58,755 bases of DNA, from contig CALVHT010000164.1 in assembly GCA_944328645.1 (NCBI GenBank), forward strand, positions 1-58,755, given 5' to 3'. The notes below the pieces were generated by a model that saw only the letters and a program-made list of their open reading frames with translations, searched no databases and was not told the origin of the DNA. A program made the translations under genes and the position numbers. Position 1 is the first letter of the stretch, and every line of letters starts with the position of its first letter. Below, in pieces: positions 1 through 9,807 of this stretch. The stretch is from an uncultured Clostridia bacterium (lineage in GTDB: Bacteria > Bacillota > Clostridia > Christensenellales > Borkfalkiaceae).

Positions 1-633
1 GGAAGCGACGAGGATTGGGAGAATGCGACAAGTGCACTGCGTGCAGCTTTGGACGAGCTCGGTTTATCCTATGTCGTCAACGAGGGAGACGGCGCGTTCT
101 ATGGCCCCAAGATCGATTTTCATTTGACGGATTCGATCGGCCGCACCTGGCAATGCGGTACGATCCAGTTGGATTTTCAAATGCCGCAGCGTTTTGAGCT
201 GGAATACACCGGCGAAGATGGGCAAAAACATCGCCCGATCATGATTCATCGCGTTGTCTTTGGTTCCATTGAGCGTTTTATTGGTATCTTGATTGAGCAT
301 TATGCCGGGAAATTTCCGGTTTGGCTTTCGCCGGTACAAGTGAAGATTTTACCGGTTTCAGACAAATCCTTGGATTATGCCAAACAAGTAGAGTCGATGT
401 TGCGCTCGTACGGAATTCGTGTTGAGACGGATGAACGGAATGAAAAAATCGGATATAAGATCCGTGAGGCGCAGTTGGAAAAACTGCCGTATATGCTTAT
501 TATTGGAGATAAAGAAAAAGAAGAAAATACGGTGGCGGTTCGTATGCGCGAAAAGGGTGATATCGGTTCGATGTCTTTAGCGGATTTTGCGGCACGTGTA
601 AAACAGGAGAATGACGAAAAAATCGTCTTTTAA
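1..633 (+). CDS. thrS: Threonyl-tRNA synthetase, C-terminal part (5' truncated by window)
   Basis: Frame open from base 1; [31 protein letters not shown] motifs and anticodon-binding domain; upstream of infC. Confidence 0.97.
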   Translation, partial: GSDEDWENATSALRAALDELGLSYVVNEGDGAFYGPKIDFHLTDSIGRTWQCGTIQLDFQMPQRFELEYTGEDGQKHRPIMIHRVVFGSIERFIGILIEHYAGKFPVWLSPVQVKILPVSDKSLDYAKQVESMLRSYGIRVETDERNEKIGYKIREAQLEKLPYMLIIGDKEKEENTVAVRMREKGDIGSMSLADFAARVKQENDEKIVF

Positions 634-656
634 TTGCCGGATCGTTGTTTTTTTGT

Positions 657-685
657 TTGACATTTTCGAAAAAATTTGGTATTAT
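657..685 (+). promoter_or_regulatory. sigmaA promoter of infC operon
   Basis: TTGACA (657-662), 17 bp spacer, TG-extended TATTAT (680-685). Confidence 0.7.
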
Positions 686-691
686 CATTGG

Positions 692-835
692 GTAAAGCAG
701 AAGGAACCTTCTCGCCTTGTGACAAGTGCGTCGCAAGAGCCTCATTCGTAATGATATTTGCGCGTTTTTTCGCGGTCTGATTATGATTGATAGAAGCGGG
801 TTGTATTATGCTGTACAACCCGCTTTCTTTATTTG
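692..835 (+). promoter_or_regulatory. L20 ribosomal protein leader (cis-regulatory RNA with attenuator)
   Basis: AAGCAGAAG..CTTCTCGCC 5' element and GCGGGTTGTA..TACAACCCGC-TTTCTTT hairpin upstream of infC-rpmI-rplT, the usual Firmicute location. Confidence 0.75.
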
Positions 836-878
836 TTCCGCTGAAGCGGGAAATACTAAAAAAGGAAGGTATAGACGT

Positions 879-1388
879 ATCAAAGACCAGCATCAGATTA
901 ACGGAGAGATCCGCGATCAAGAAGTGAGAGTGATCGGTTCGGACGGCCAGCAGCTTGGAATCATGAGTTCTCGTGAGGCCCTGCACCTTGCAGAGGAAAG
1001 CGATTTAGACTTGGTGAAAATTTCACCGACGGCAAAGCCTCCTGTCTGTAAGATAATGGATTATGGGAAATTTAAATTCGAACAGGGGAAAAAAGAGAAG
1101 GAGTCTCGCAAAAATCAAAAGATGGTCGAGGTGAAGGAAGTACGCCTTTCCATGACTATTGATACGAACGATCTAAACGTAAAATCACGCCAGGCGCAGA
1201 AATTTTTGGATTCGGGCAATAAAGTGATGGTTTCTATCCGTCTGCGAGGGAGGCAAAATGCGCACGCGTCGATGGGCGTGGACGTGATGAATGAGTTTTT
1301 TGAAACGCTCGGTGGCAAAGCAATTATGGACAAGAAGCCGGCCAATGAAGGAAGGAACATTACAATGTTGCTTTCTCCGGCAAAATAA
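879..1388 (+). CDS. infC: Translation initiation factor IF-3, probable non-canonical ATC start
   Basis: INGEIR..VRVIG, PPVCKIMDYGKF, KEVRLS motifs; AAGGAAGG RBS 9 nt before in-frame ATC at 879; ORF-track extension to 726 runs through the leader. Confidence 0.95.
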   Translation: MKDQHQINGEIRDQEVRVIGSDGQQLGIMSSREALHLAEESDLDLVKISPTAKPPVCKIMDYGKFKFEQGKKEKESRKNQKMVEVKEVRLSMTIDTNDLNVKSRQAQKFLDSGNKVMVSIRLRGRQNAHASMGVDVMNEFFETLGGKAIMDKKPANEGRNITMLLSPAK

Positions 1389-1471
1389 ACAAAATGGAAA
1401 TACGGTGTTTTATTTTTGTATTTGGAAAACAAAACGCTTTATGTAGAAAATAATTTCGGAGGATATTCAGT

Positions 1472-1675
1472 ATGCCTAAACAGAAATCGCATAGCGGCTC
1501 GAAAAAACGGTTTGACATTACCGGAAGCGGCAGAGTAAAAAGGGCGCAATCCGGCAAAAATCACAAGACAGGGAACAAGCCTCGTAAGCGGAAGAGAAAT
1601 CTCCGGCAGACAGCATTTGTCAATGAAACGCAGGAAGCTACGGTGAAGAATCAACTGATTCCCTACAAGAAATAA
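1472..1675 (+). CDS. rpmI: 50S ribosomal protein L35
   Basis: MPKQKSHSGSKKRF start; synteny. Confidence 0.97.
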   Translation: MPKQKSHSGSKKRFDITGSGRVKRAQSGKNHKTGNKPRKRKRNLRQTAFVNETQEATVKNQLIPYKK

Positions 1676-1694
1676 TCAATAAGGAGATAGAGGT

Positions 1695-2048
1695 ATGCGT
1701 ATTAAAAGAGGTGTGAACGCTGTCAAAAAGCGCAGAAAAATATTTAAGATATCGAAGGGTTACTTCGGGTCAAAAAGCCGCTCTTACAGAATAGCGCGCG
1801 AGGCTGTGATGAAGTCGCTGATGTATGCATATGTCGGCAGAAAAAATCGCAAAAGAGATTTTCGTCAACTTTGGATCGCACGAATCAATGCCGCGGCAAG
1901 AATGAACGGGCTTTCATACAGCAAGTTTATGCATGGCCTGAAAATGGCTGGTATTCATCTAAACAGAAAGGTGCTTGCGGATATTGCCGTCAACGATGCA
2001 GCGGCGTTTGCCGCATTGGCGGAAAAAGCAAAAGCGGCTATCGCGTAA
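1695..2048 (+). CDS. rplT: 50S ribosomal protein L20
   Basis: [25 protein letters not shown]. Confidence 0.98.
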   Translation: MRIKRGVNAVKKRRKIFKISKGYFGSKSRSYRIAREAVMKSLMYAYVGRKNRKRDFRQLWIARINAAARMNGLSYSKFMHGLKMAGIHLNRKVLADIAVNDAAAFAALAEKAKAAIA

Positions 2049-2058
2049 AAGGAATCGC

Positions 2059-2090
2059 AAAACCTTCTTATTTTGTAAGAAGGTTTTTTC
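2059..2090 (+). terminator. Rho-independent terminator after rplT
   Basis: AAAACCTTCTTA..TAAGAAGGTTTTTT hairpin with T tract. Confidence 0.7.
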
Positions 2091-2099
2091 CGTATTTTT

Positions 2100-2876
2100 A
2101 TGGTAATTACTTCCAGGAACAATCCGATCGTGCGGTATGTGTTGTCCCTGCATGAAAAAAAATTTCGTCGTATTTACGGTGAATATATTGTTGAGGGGAT
2201 TAAACAGGTCCGCGAAGCACTTGCGTGCGGGTATGAAATCGTTTATATAGTCCGGTCAGAAAGTTATTCCGGCGATACAATGGACGCATGTACCGTTGTC
2301 ACGGTATCGGACGGTGTTTTTACCAAGTTGTCCGACGAGGCGACGCCGCAGGGGATTTTGGCGGTATTGAAGATACCGAACTGTGCGGTCGAACCGCCGC
2401 AGGGGGTATCGCTGTTGTTAGACGGAATTGCTGATCCCGGTAATCTTGGGACAATCATTCGAACAGCCAATGCGGCAGGATTTCATGATATTTATTTGCG
2501 TGGGTGTGCGGATCCTTTTTCTTTAAAGTGCGTTCGTGCATCTATGAGCGGGATTTTTTTTGTGCGCCTTCATATTGTGGAGGACGATGCCGCATTGTTT
2601 GCGGTACTGCAAAATATTCCTTGTTTGTGCGCCGATATGGAGGGAGAAAATGTTTTTTCGTTCCGAACGCCAAATCTATACTGCTTGGTTATTGGTAATG
2701 AGGCGAACGGAGTGAGTGCATCGATTCGCTCCATATGTACGCATACAGTTCGGATTCCGATGCAAGCTACCTGCGAGAGTTTAAATGCCGGCGTTGCAGC
2801 GGGGATTCTCATGTATATTTTACAGCAAAACAAACAGGGCTGCGTTGGTACAGACAATCAAACACTAAATTCTTGA
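2100..2876 (+). CDS. TrmH/SpoU family RNA methyltransferase
   Basis: DPGNLGTIIRTA, IGNEANGVS, IPM..ESLNAGVA SPOUT motifs. Confidence 0.92.
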   Translation: MVITSRNNPIVRYVLSLHEKKFRRIYGEYIVEGIKQVREALACGYEIVYIVRSESYSGDTMDACTVVTVSDGVFTKLSDEATPQGILAVLKIPNCAVEPPQGVSLLLDGIADPGNLGTIIRTANAAGFHDIYLRGCADPFSLKCVRASMSGIFFVRLHIVEDDAALFAVLQNIPCLCADMEGENVFSFRTPNLYCLVIGNEANGVSASIRSICTHTVRIPMQATCESLNAGVAAGILMYILQQNKQGCVGTDNQTLNS

Positions 2877-2892
2877 AAAGGAGAAATCGTTT

Positions 2893-3630
2893 ATGTCAGG
2901 GCATAGCAAATGGCATAATATACAGGCGAAAAAAGGAAAAGCGGATGCGGCGCGTGGCCGTATATTTACAAAATTGGGCAGAGAAATTGCGGTTGCCGCA
3001 AAAACGAATCCGAACCCGGATACAAACAGCAAATTAGCGGACGTTATTGCAAAAGCAAAGGCGAACAATATGCCAAACGATAACATTCAGCGTTGTATCA
3101 AAAAAGCGGCTGGGGAGTTGGGCAATGTGAACTACGAAACGCTGGTCTATGAAGGCTATGGCGTCGGTGGCAGCGCATTGATCATCAATACATTGACCGA
3201 CAATAAAAATAGAACCGCAGGAGACGTTCGCAGTACTTTATCCAAATGTGGCGGTGAGCTAGGCAATACCGGATGTGTTTCATATATGTTCAGCAACAAG
3301 GGTATTTTAGTTGTTGAAAGAACATTGGAGTTAACGGAAGATTTGATTACGGAATATGCCATTGAAGCAGGTGCGGATGATGTGATCGTACAAGAGGATG
3401 CTTTTGAGATCTATACGGATCCGGCTACTTTTTCGGATGTACGAAAATTTTTGGAAGGAAAAGGGATCGAGTTTTTGGAAGCGGATGTTCGTATGATTCC
3501 GCAAAATAAGATTACACTCAGTCCAGAACATACGGAAACGTTTATCAAATTGTTGGAAAAATTAGATGAATTGGATGATGTTCAAGACGTCTACCACAAT
3601 GTTGACCTTCCTGATGACGATGAAGAATAA
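2893..3630 (+). CDS. YebC/PmpR family protein
   Basis: MSGHSKWHNI, YEGYG, TDNKNRT, DDVQDVYHN. Confidence 0.95.
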   Translation: MSGHSKWHNIQAKKGKADAARGRIFTKLGREIAVAAKTNPNPDTNSKLADVIAKAKANNMPNDNIQRCIKKAAGELGNVNYETLVYEGYGVGGSALIINTLTDNKNRTAGDVRSTLSKCGGELGNTGCVSYMFSNKGILVVERTLELTEDLITEYAIEAGADDVIVQEDAFEIYTDPATFSDVRKFLEGKGIEFLEADVRMIPQNKITLSPEHTETFIKLLEKLDELDDVQDVYHNVDLPDDDEE

Positions 3631-3689
3631 TATTTTCGATTTGTGAAGTATTACGCCTGTCATAAATAAAATATGGAGGGAAAGTTTCA

Positions 3690-4928
3690 ATGGTTACAGT
3701 TGCGGATGCTTGCTATAGCGCAAAAGAAAACTTACAAGCCATTGCCTTGGCAAGCGAATCGGAAATGAATACAATGCTTGCGGCTGCAGCAAATGCCCTG
3801 CGGAAACATGCCCAACAAATTATCGAAGAAAATAAAAAGGATATTGCTGGCTGTACGCGTGGGGAACAATTTATCGACCGTTTGTTGCTTACTGAAAAAC
3901 GAATCGACGGAATCGCCGCAGGGCTGGAAAAGCTGGAAGAGTTGGCTTGCCCGATCGGTGAAATTTTAGAAGAACGCACATTATATAACGGATTGCACCT
4001 TCGCCGTGTACGAGTACCGTTAGGAGTATTGGGCATTATTTACGAAGCACGCCCGAATGTTACCGCCGATGCGATCGGCCTCGCTTTGAAAAGCGGTAAT
4101 GCTGTCGTTCTGCGGGGAAGTAAAGATGCAATTTACTCCAACATTGCGATTTGTACGGTAATGAAAAATGCTATTCGTGCAGCAGGGTTTAATCCTGAGT
4201 TTATTCAGCTGATTGAAGACACTTCTCGCGAAGGGGCGATACAATTTATGCGCATGAATGGCGTGGTGGACGTTTTGATCCCTCGAGGAAGCGCCGGGCT
4301 GATCCAGAATGCTGTACAAAACGCGACGGTCCCTATTATTGAAACCGGAACAGGGAATTGCCATGTCTATATTGAGCAATCTGCAAACATGGAAAAGGCG
4401 CTGCCGATTTTGATCAATGCTAAGACGCAAAGAACTTCGGTTTGCAATGCGTGTGAAAGTCTTCTTTTGGACGAGGCAATCGCGGAGCGAGAACTTGGTA
4501 ATATAGTGCAGGCTTTAAGAGACAAAGGCGTTGAAATCGTGGCCTGTGAAAAATGCCGTACCCTAATGCCGGAACTTGCTTTGGCATCAACCGAAGACTT
4601 TGCAAAAGAATTTCTTTCACTAAAAATTTCTATCAAAATTGTGCAAGGGCTGGATGAAGCGATCGCTCATATCAACCGTTATGGTACGCATCATAGCGAC
4701 TGTATCGTGACAGAGAATTCGGCATATGCCGAACGTTTTTTGCGCGAAGTCGACAGTGCGGCTGTCTATGTGAATGCCAGCACCCGTTTTACAGACGGTT
4801 TTGAATTCGGGCTGGGGGCAGAAATGGGGATTTCGACACAAAAGTTGCATGCGCGAGGACCGATGGGGTTACGAGAATTGACTTCATATAAATACCAAAT
4901 TGTTGGGGATGGGCAGATTCGAGTATAA
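3690..4928 (+). CDS. proA: Gamma-glutamyl phosphate reductase
   Basis: IYEARPNVT, CNACE, NASTRFTDGFEFGLGAEMGISTQKLHARGPMG. Confidence 0.96.
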   Translation: MVTVADACYSAKENLQAIALASESEMNTMLAAAANALRKHAQQIIEENKKDIAGCTRGEQFIDRLLLTEKRIDGIAAGLEKLEELACPIGEILEERTLYNGLHLRRVRVPLGVLGIIYEARPNVTADAIGLALKSGNAVVLRGSKDAIYSNIAICTVMKNAIRAAGFNPEFIQLIEDTSREGAIQFMRMNGVVDVLIPRGSAGLIQNAVQNATVPIIETGTGNCHVYIEQSANMEKALPILINAKTQRTSVCNACESLLLDEAIAERELGNIVQALRDKGVEIVACEKCRTLMPELALASTEDFAKEFLSLKISIKIVQGLDEAIAHINRYGTHHSDCIVTENSAYAERFLREVDSAAVYVNASTRFTDGFEFGLGAEMGISTQKLHARGPMGLRELTSYKYQIVGDGQIRV

Positions 4929-5312
4929 TATTTCCAGCCGGGGACTACGCATAATAATTCATCCTGTGCAAATAATACTTTTGTCAGCAACAGAGAAGCA
5001 GATCCGTTGAATGAAGAGATTTCGAAAGAGAAAGTTTATGAGAAGGGTTTGCAGTGATAAACTGTTGCTTGCTGATAAAGTCTTGTCGCTGTAAGGATGA
5101 ATTTTTTGCAAAAAATAAAAAAAAGGATCTGTTGATTCAAAATAGTTGTTTTCACTGCAAAAAAAATTGTTTTTATGATGAACAAGGCAAAAAAGAGAAG
5201 AAATGTGTAAGGAATTACGCATTTCTTCTTATTTTTTTGTTTTTTTCGGATAAACTTGAGATTTTACTTTTTTCAGAAAATATGATACAATGCAAAAGAA
5301 GGAGGATATCTT

Positions 5313-5714
5313 ATGGCTTCGAATAAAAATACCGCAAAAAAAATTGCAGGGAAGGCAACCAAAAAAATAAGCACTGCATCGCTGGTTTTAGCGATCATCT
5401 TTTTTTTGATCGGGAGTTTCTGCGGGGTCGGGCTTTCTGTATTCCTGACCAAAAATGATCGCTTTGAGTTAAATGGGCCGAAAGAGGTTTATTTGGAGGA
5501 AGGGGCATTGTTTACGGATGAAGGGGTGACGATTGTTTCATTCGGAAGAGATATTTCGGATCGAGTGCTGGTGGGAGGGGATACGGTAGACGTCTCGGAG
5601 ACGGGTACGTATTCAATTGTTTATACAGTCGATGATATTCGCTGGGGTGATTATCAATTGGTTCGAAAGGTGATCGTGGGAGATCCTGTTGGAGGAGAGG
5701 ATAATGGCAACTAA
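5313..5714 (+). CDS. Membrane-anchored protein with Ig-like (DUF5011-like) domain
   Basis: GGAGG RBS; basic N-terminus and one TM helix; FELNG..VDVSETGTYSIVYTV..RKVIV pattern. Confidence 0.6.
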   Translation: MASNKNTAKKIAGKATKKISTASLVLAIIFFLIGSFCGVGLSVFLTKNDRFELNGPKEVYLEEGALFTDEGVTIVSFGRDISDRVLVGGDTVDVSETGTYSIVYTVDDIRWGDYQLVRKVIVGDPVGGEDNGN

Positions 5715-6822
5715 AAAAACATCGGCAGGGTTCACTTTTTTGGTCTGCGTATTGGCTTTAATCGTGGGATTGGTTGCGGCGTTTTGTTTTTATACTTATA
5801 TAAAGCGTCCAACTGGGGGCGACATATATGTGAGCGGAGACCTTCAAATTCATTTTATGGAGCTCGGAAACCAGTATACCGGAGACAGCATTTATATCAA
5901 AGCGGGGGATACCGATATACTGATCGATGCAGGTTCCAGAGAAAACAGTACAGATACGACCGCAGCATACATAGATCGTTTTTGTCAGGATGGAACATTG
6001 GAGTATGTGATTGCCACCCATGCGGATCAGGACCATATTGCTGGGTTTGCCGGAAGTACGAAATCGCCCAGTATTTTTGATCGTTACGAGTGCAAAGTGA
6101 TCATTGATTTTCCTCTCACGAATAAAGATACGGCCGTATATCAGCGCTATTGCGAAAAACGTGACGAAGAAGTTTCGGCCGGCGCAAAACACTACACGGC
6201 TTTGGAGTGTTGGAATAATGAAAACGGCGCGCAGCGGGTGTACAACGTATCAGAAGGTGTTGAGATGGAGATCTTGTATAATTACTTTTACGAACATTCC
6301 AGCAGCGACGAAAACAACTATTCCGTATGCGTGCTTTTTCGGCAAGGAGATAAGTCTTTTTTATTTACCGGTGACTTAGAAAAGGAGGGCGAAGAACAGC
6401 TTGTGCAGTATAATGATCTGCCGCAGGTGGAATTATTTAAAGCTGGACACCATGGTTCGGAGACCTCTTCCTCAGAAACGCTGCTGCAACAAATTCAGCC
6501 CGAGATTATTTGTGTCAGCTGCAGTGCAGGCAGTGTGGAATATACGCAAAATTTGGAAAACACATTTCCATACCAAGTCACGATTGATCGATTTGCCGAA
6601 TACACCGATCAAGTTTATGTAACTTCATGCAGCCAGGTCGAATACGATGCGGCAAAGGGAAAGTATGTCGATGTGGGTTTTGAATCCTTGCATGGAAATA
6701 TAGTCGTAAGCTCAAACAAGAACGGTGTTACGGTGCATTGTTCGGAAAACGATGGGGTTTTGCTGAAAGACACGGCATGGTTTTTGGAGAATCGTACTTT
6801 CCCGGCCCCTTGGATGGCTTAA
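5704..6822 (+). CDS. Stand-alone ComEC/Rec2-like metallo-beta-lactamase-fold hydrolase with N-terminal anchor
   Basis: LIDAG, THADQDH, NNYS, FTGD, GHHGS motifs; start moved to ATG 5704 after GGAG RBS. Confidence 0.85.
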   Translation: MATKKTSAGFTFLVCVLALIVGLVAAFCFYTYIKRPTGGDIYVSGDLQIHFMELGNQYTGDSIYIKAGDTDILIDAGSRENSTDTTAAYIDRFCQDGTLEYVIATHADQDHIAGFAGSTKSPSIFDRYECKVIIDFPLTNKDTAVYQRYCEKRDEEVSAGAKHYTALECWNNENGAQRVYNVSEGVEMEILYNYFYEHSSSDENNYSVCVLFRQGDKSFLFTGDLEKEGEEQLVQYNDLPQVELFKAGHHGSETSSSETLLQQIQPEIICVSCSAGSVEYTQNLENTFPYQVTIDRFAEYTDQVYVTSCSQVEYDAAKGKYVDVGFESLHGNIVVSSNKNGVTVHCSENDGVLLKDTAWFLENRTFPAPWMA

Positions 6823-6941
6823 AGGGGGAAAAAGACAGGGATTTTAGACTTCTCTTTCGAATTTTTGCGTGAAAATAATTGCGAAATTAGGCAAAAAGTA
6901 TTAGAATAGGTACGGTATTTTTGAGCATTAGGAGAAATATT

Positions 6942-8768
6942 TTGATTCGGAACGATTTGAGAAATGTGGCAATCATTGCACACGTAGATCATGGGAAAAC
7001 GACTTTGGTCGATCAAATGCTGCGGCAGAGCGGCACTTTTCGAGAGAACCAGATCGTCGAAGATCGCATAATGGATTCGAACGCGATTGAACGCGAACGC
7101 GGGATCACGATCTTGGCAAAAAATACTTCCATTCATTATCATGGGGTGAAAATCAATATCATCGATACACCTGGCCATGCCGATTTTGGTGGCGAGGTTG
7201 AAAGGGTGTTGAAAATGGTCAACGGAGTGCTTTTGCTCGTAGACGCAGCGGAGGGGCCGATGCCGCAAACGCGTTTTGTTATGCAAAAGGCATTGGAGCT
7301 GAACCATCGTTTAATTATTGTCGTCAACAAAGTCGATCGCCCCGATGCCCGGATCGCGGAAGTGCAAGACGAAATTTTAGAGCTTTTGATTGATTTGAAT
7401 GCCTCTGACGAACAACTGGATAGTCCGATCGTTTTTTGTTCTGGCAGAGCAGGAACCGCGTCACGATACGCCGATCAAGAAGGGAAGGATTTAACACCGT
7501 TGTTTGATACAATCCTTAACCATATTCCGCCGATGAATGCAGATGAAACAGCTCCGTTGCAACTTCTCGTTTCATCCATCGACTACAATGATTATGTTGG
7601 AAGAATCGGCATCGGGCGTATCGAGCGTGGCACGGTTCGAGCAAACCAAGAAGTTACGGTCTGCAATTATAATATCCCCGGACTAAATAAACGCGGGAAG
7701 CTTGTCAATCTGTATCAAATTGAAGGATTGTCGCGTGTTCCGGTTGAAACTGCAAAAGCGGGCGATATTGTTTGCTTTTCGGGTTTGGAGGGCATCAATA
7801 TTGGGGATACGGTATGCGGTTCCGACAATGTGGAGGCGGTTTCTTTCGTTAAAATCAGTGAACCGACGGTTGAAATGACATTTTCCGTCAACGACAGCCC
7901 GTTTGCAGGCAAAGAGGGGAAATTTGTTACTTCACGTCATCTGCGCGAGAGACTGTACCGTGAATTGTTGAAAGATGTTTCGTTGAAAGTGGAAGACACA
8001 GACACGGCCGAGGCATTTAAAGTTAGTGGCCGAGGGGAAATGCATCTGTCCATTCTTATCGAAAATATGCGCCGCGAAGGCTATGAATTTCAAGTCAGCA
8101 CCCCGCGCGTCTTGTACAAAACCATTGACGGGCAGTTGTATGAACCGGTGGAGCGCTTGATCGTCGATGTTCCAGAGGAAGGTACCGGTGCTGTTTTTCA
8201 GAGCATGGGAGAACGAAAGGGCGAACTTGTTCATATGAGTGCAGTTGGCTCTAGAATGCGCTTGGAATTTTTAATTCCTGCCAGAGGATTGTTTGGATAT
8301 AAAAGCGAATTTTTAACACAGACCAAAGGTGAAGGGGTATTAAACTCGATCTTTTTTGAGTATCAACCCTATAAGGGAGATTTAAAACGGCGCGATACCG
8401 GTTCCTTGGTTGCCTTTGAAACGGGCGAGGCTGTTACGTACGGTTTGTTCAATGCGCAAGACCGTGGAACGCTGTTTGTTGAGCCTGGTACGCAGGTTTA
8501 TGAAGGAATGGTGGTCGGCGTTTCGCCCAAGAGCGAAGATATCAATGTTAACGTATGCAAAAAAAAGCATATGACAAATACACGAGCGGCAGGCAGCGAT
8601 GATGCCATGCGCTTAAATACTCCTAAAAAAATGAGCCTTGAGGAGTGCTTGGAGTTTTTAAACGACGATGAATTGTTAGAGGTCACCCCGATCGGTCTAC
8701 GAATTCGTAAGCGTATTTTAGACAGCGAACAGCGTGCCAAAGCGCGCGCAAAAGAAAAAAAGGCCTGA
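6942..8768 (+). CDS. typA: Translational GTPase TypA/BipA
   Basis: AHVDHGKTT, ERGITI, DTPGH, NKVD, GRGEMHL; TTG start at 6942 after AGGAG. Confidence 0.97.
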   Translation: MIRNDLRNVAIIAHVDHGKTTLVDQMLRQSGTFRENQIVEDRIMDSNAIERERGITILAKNTSIHYHGVKINIIDTPGHADFGGEVERVLKMVNGVLLLVDAAEGPMPQTRFVMQKALELNHRLIIVVNKVDRPDARIAEVQDEILELLIDLNASDEQLDSPIVFCSGRAGTASRYADQEGKDLTPLFDTILNHIPPMNADETAPLQLLVSSIDYNDYVGRIGIGRIERGTVRANQEVTVCNYNIPGLNKRGKLVNLYQIEGLSRVPVETAKAGDIVCFSGLEGINIGDTVCGSDNVEAVSFVKISEPTVEMTFSVNDSPFAGKEGKFVTSRHLRERLYRELLKDVSLKVEDTDTAEAFKVSGRGEMHLSILIENMRREGYEFQVSTPRVLYKTIDGQLYEPVERLIVDVPEEGTGAVFQSMGERKGELVHMSAVGSRMRLEFLIPARGLFGYKSEFLTQTKGEGVLNSIFFEYQPYKGDLKRRDTGSLVAFETGEAVTYGLFNAQDRGTLFVEPGTQVYEGMVVGVSPKSEDINVNVCKKKHMTNTRAAGSDDAMRLNTPKKMSLEECLEFLNDDELLEVTPIGLRIRKRILDSEQRAKARAKEKKA

Positions 8769-8773
8769 TTCTT

Positions 8774-8802
8774 TCATAAACGATTTTCCCAACACATACA
8801 AT
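8774..8802 (+). promoter_or_regulatory. sigmaE-like sporulation promoter of yabP
   Basis: TCATAAA-N14-CATACAAT; yabP is sigmaE-dependent in B. subtilis. Confidence 0.6.
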
Positions 8803-8835
8803 AAATCATCAAAGGAAATTTCGGGGAGAATCTTC

Positions 8836-9096
8836 ATGGATGAAGCGCGTGTGCAAAGTACATTGATCGAGCAACAGAAAAAAATTACGATCACGGCAGT
8901 AGAGAGCGTCGATGCGTTTTCGGCACAACAGATCACGTTAACCCTGGACAATGGTCGCGCTTTTATTACAGGGGACGATTTAAAAATTGTCCAATTTTCC
9001 AAATCTGACGGGAATTTTTCGGCAACAGGGAAAATTAGCGGGGTACGATTCGGTTCCAAACATGTTAAATTGACAAAAAGATTGTTTGCAAAATGA
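8836..9096 (+). CDS. yabP: YabP/YqfC family sporulation protein
   Basis: ITAVESVDAFS..ITGDDLKI..GKISG pattern; synteny with yabQ-divIC. Confidence 0.8.
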   Translation: MDEARVQSTLIEQQKKITITAVESVDAFSAQQITLTLDNGRAFITGDDLKIVQFSKSDGNFSATGKISGVRFGSKHVKLTKRLFAK

Positions 9097-9455
9097 GCAA
9101 TTTAGCCTATTGGTTGGTTGCCTGTCTATGCTGCGGGGAATTTGCAGGGCTTTTGCATGAATGTTTTGAGCTTGGGTATAGAGCTTTTCAAAAAAAAGGG
9201 GGGATCCAGATCACGCTGGATATTCTTTTTGGTCTTTTATTTGGAACGCTCTTTGTTGCATTTTCCGTCCTCTTTTGTTTTCCGAATGTAAGACTGTTCC
9301 TGTTGCTCGCGGCAGTGGCGGGTTTTTATCTGTATCGCGGAAGTTTGCACAGATTACTTGCTTTTTTTACAAAAAGAATATATAATAGATACAGGAGCGG
9401 CCGCAAAGCACGATTAGCGCGGCTGTCGGTACGGAATGAAGGAAGAGAAATTTAA
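9093..9455 (+). CDS. yabQ: YabQ-like spore cortex membrane protein
   Basis: Hydrophobic TM segments, DILF motif, position between yabP and divIC. Confidence 0.65.
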   Translation: MSNLAYWLVACLCCGEFAGLLHECFELGYRAFQKKGGIQITLDILFGLLFGTLFVAFSVLFCFPNVRLFLLLAAVAGFYLYRGSLHRLLAFFTKRIYNRYRSGRKARLARLSVRNEGREI

Positions 9456-9807
9456 AAGAATTGTGATCGGTTCGACGGTTACCGCGGTAATTCTGTTGGT
9501 TTTTTTGGTCGTCTTTATGGTCTATCAAATAATATCCGTTTCCGAGAAAAAAAACCTGGAACAGGAGTTGCGTGAACAGATCGCTTTATATCAAGAGATT
9601 ATCGCTACCAGCGAGGACGATATAGAAATTTATAAAAGTCGTATGTGGCTGGAGATGGCGGCACGCAAACTGGAAATGATCGGAGCAGGTGATGTTTCGG
9701 TCAATACATTGTCGAACGCTTCCTCCTCGTGCGATTTCCAGAAAAATATTTTGCTATATAGTATAGACAATAAAGAGGAAATCGTCTATGAAATATGCAG
9801 TTATTGA
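9436..9807 (+). CDS. divIC: Septum formation initiator (DivIC/FtsB family)
   Basis: TM helix, coiled coil, EMAARKLEMI motif; synteny. Confidence 0.7.
   Translation: MKEEKFKRIVIGSTVTAVILLVFLVVFMVYQIISVSEKKNLEQELREQIALYQEIIATSEDDIEIYKSRMWLEMAARKLEMIGAGDVSVNTLSNASSSCDFQKNILLYSIDNKEEIVYEICSY

Noticed and set aside
4959-5326. ORFs 4959-5222 (-) and 5054-5326 (+), also 11787-12023 and 11923-12153
   Set aside because: AT-rich intergenic frames without RBS; the latter two overlap the better-supported minus-strand microprotein
9690-9807. Atypical C-terminal tail of DivIC
   Set aside because: Probably stop-codon drift into the intergenic region; no motif suggests function
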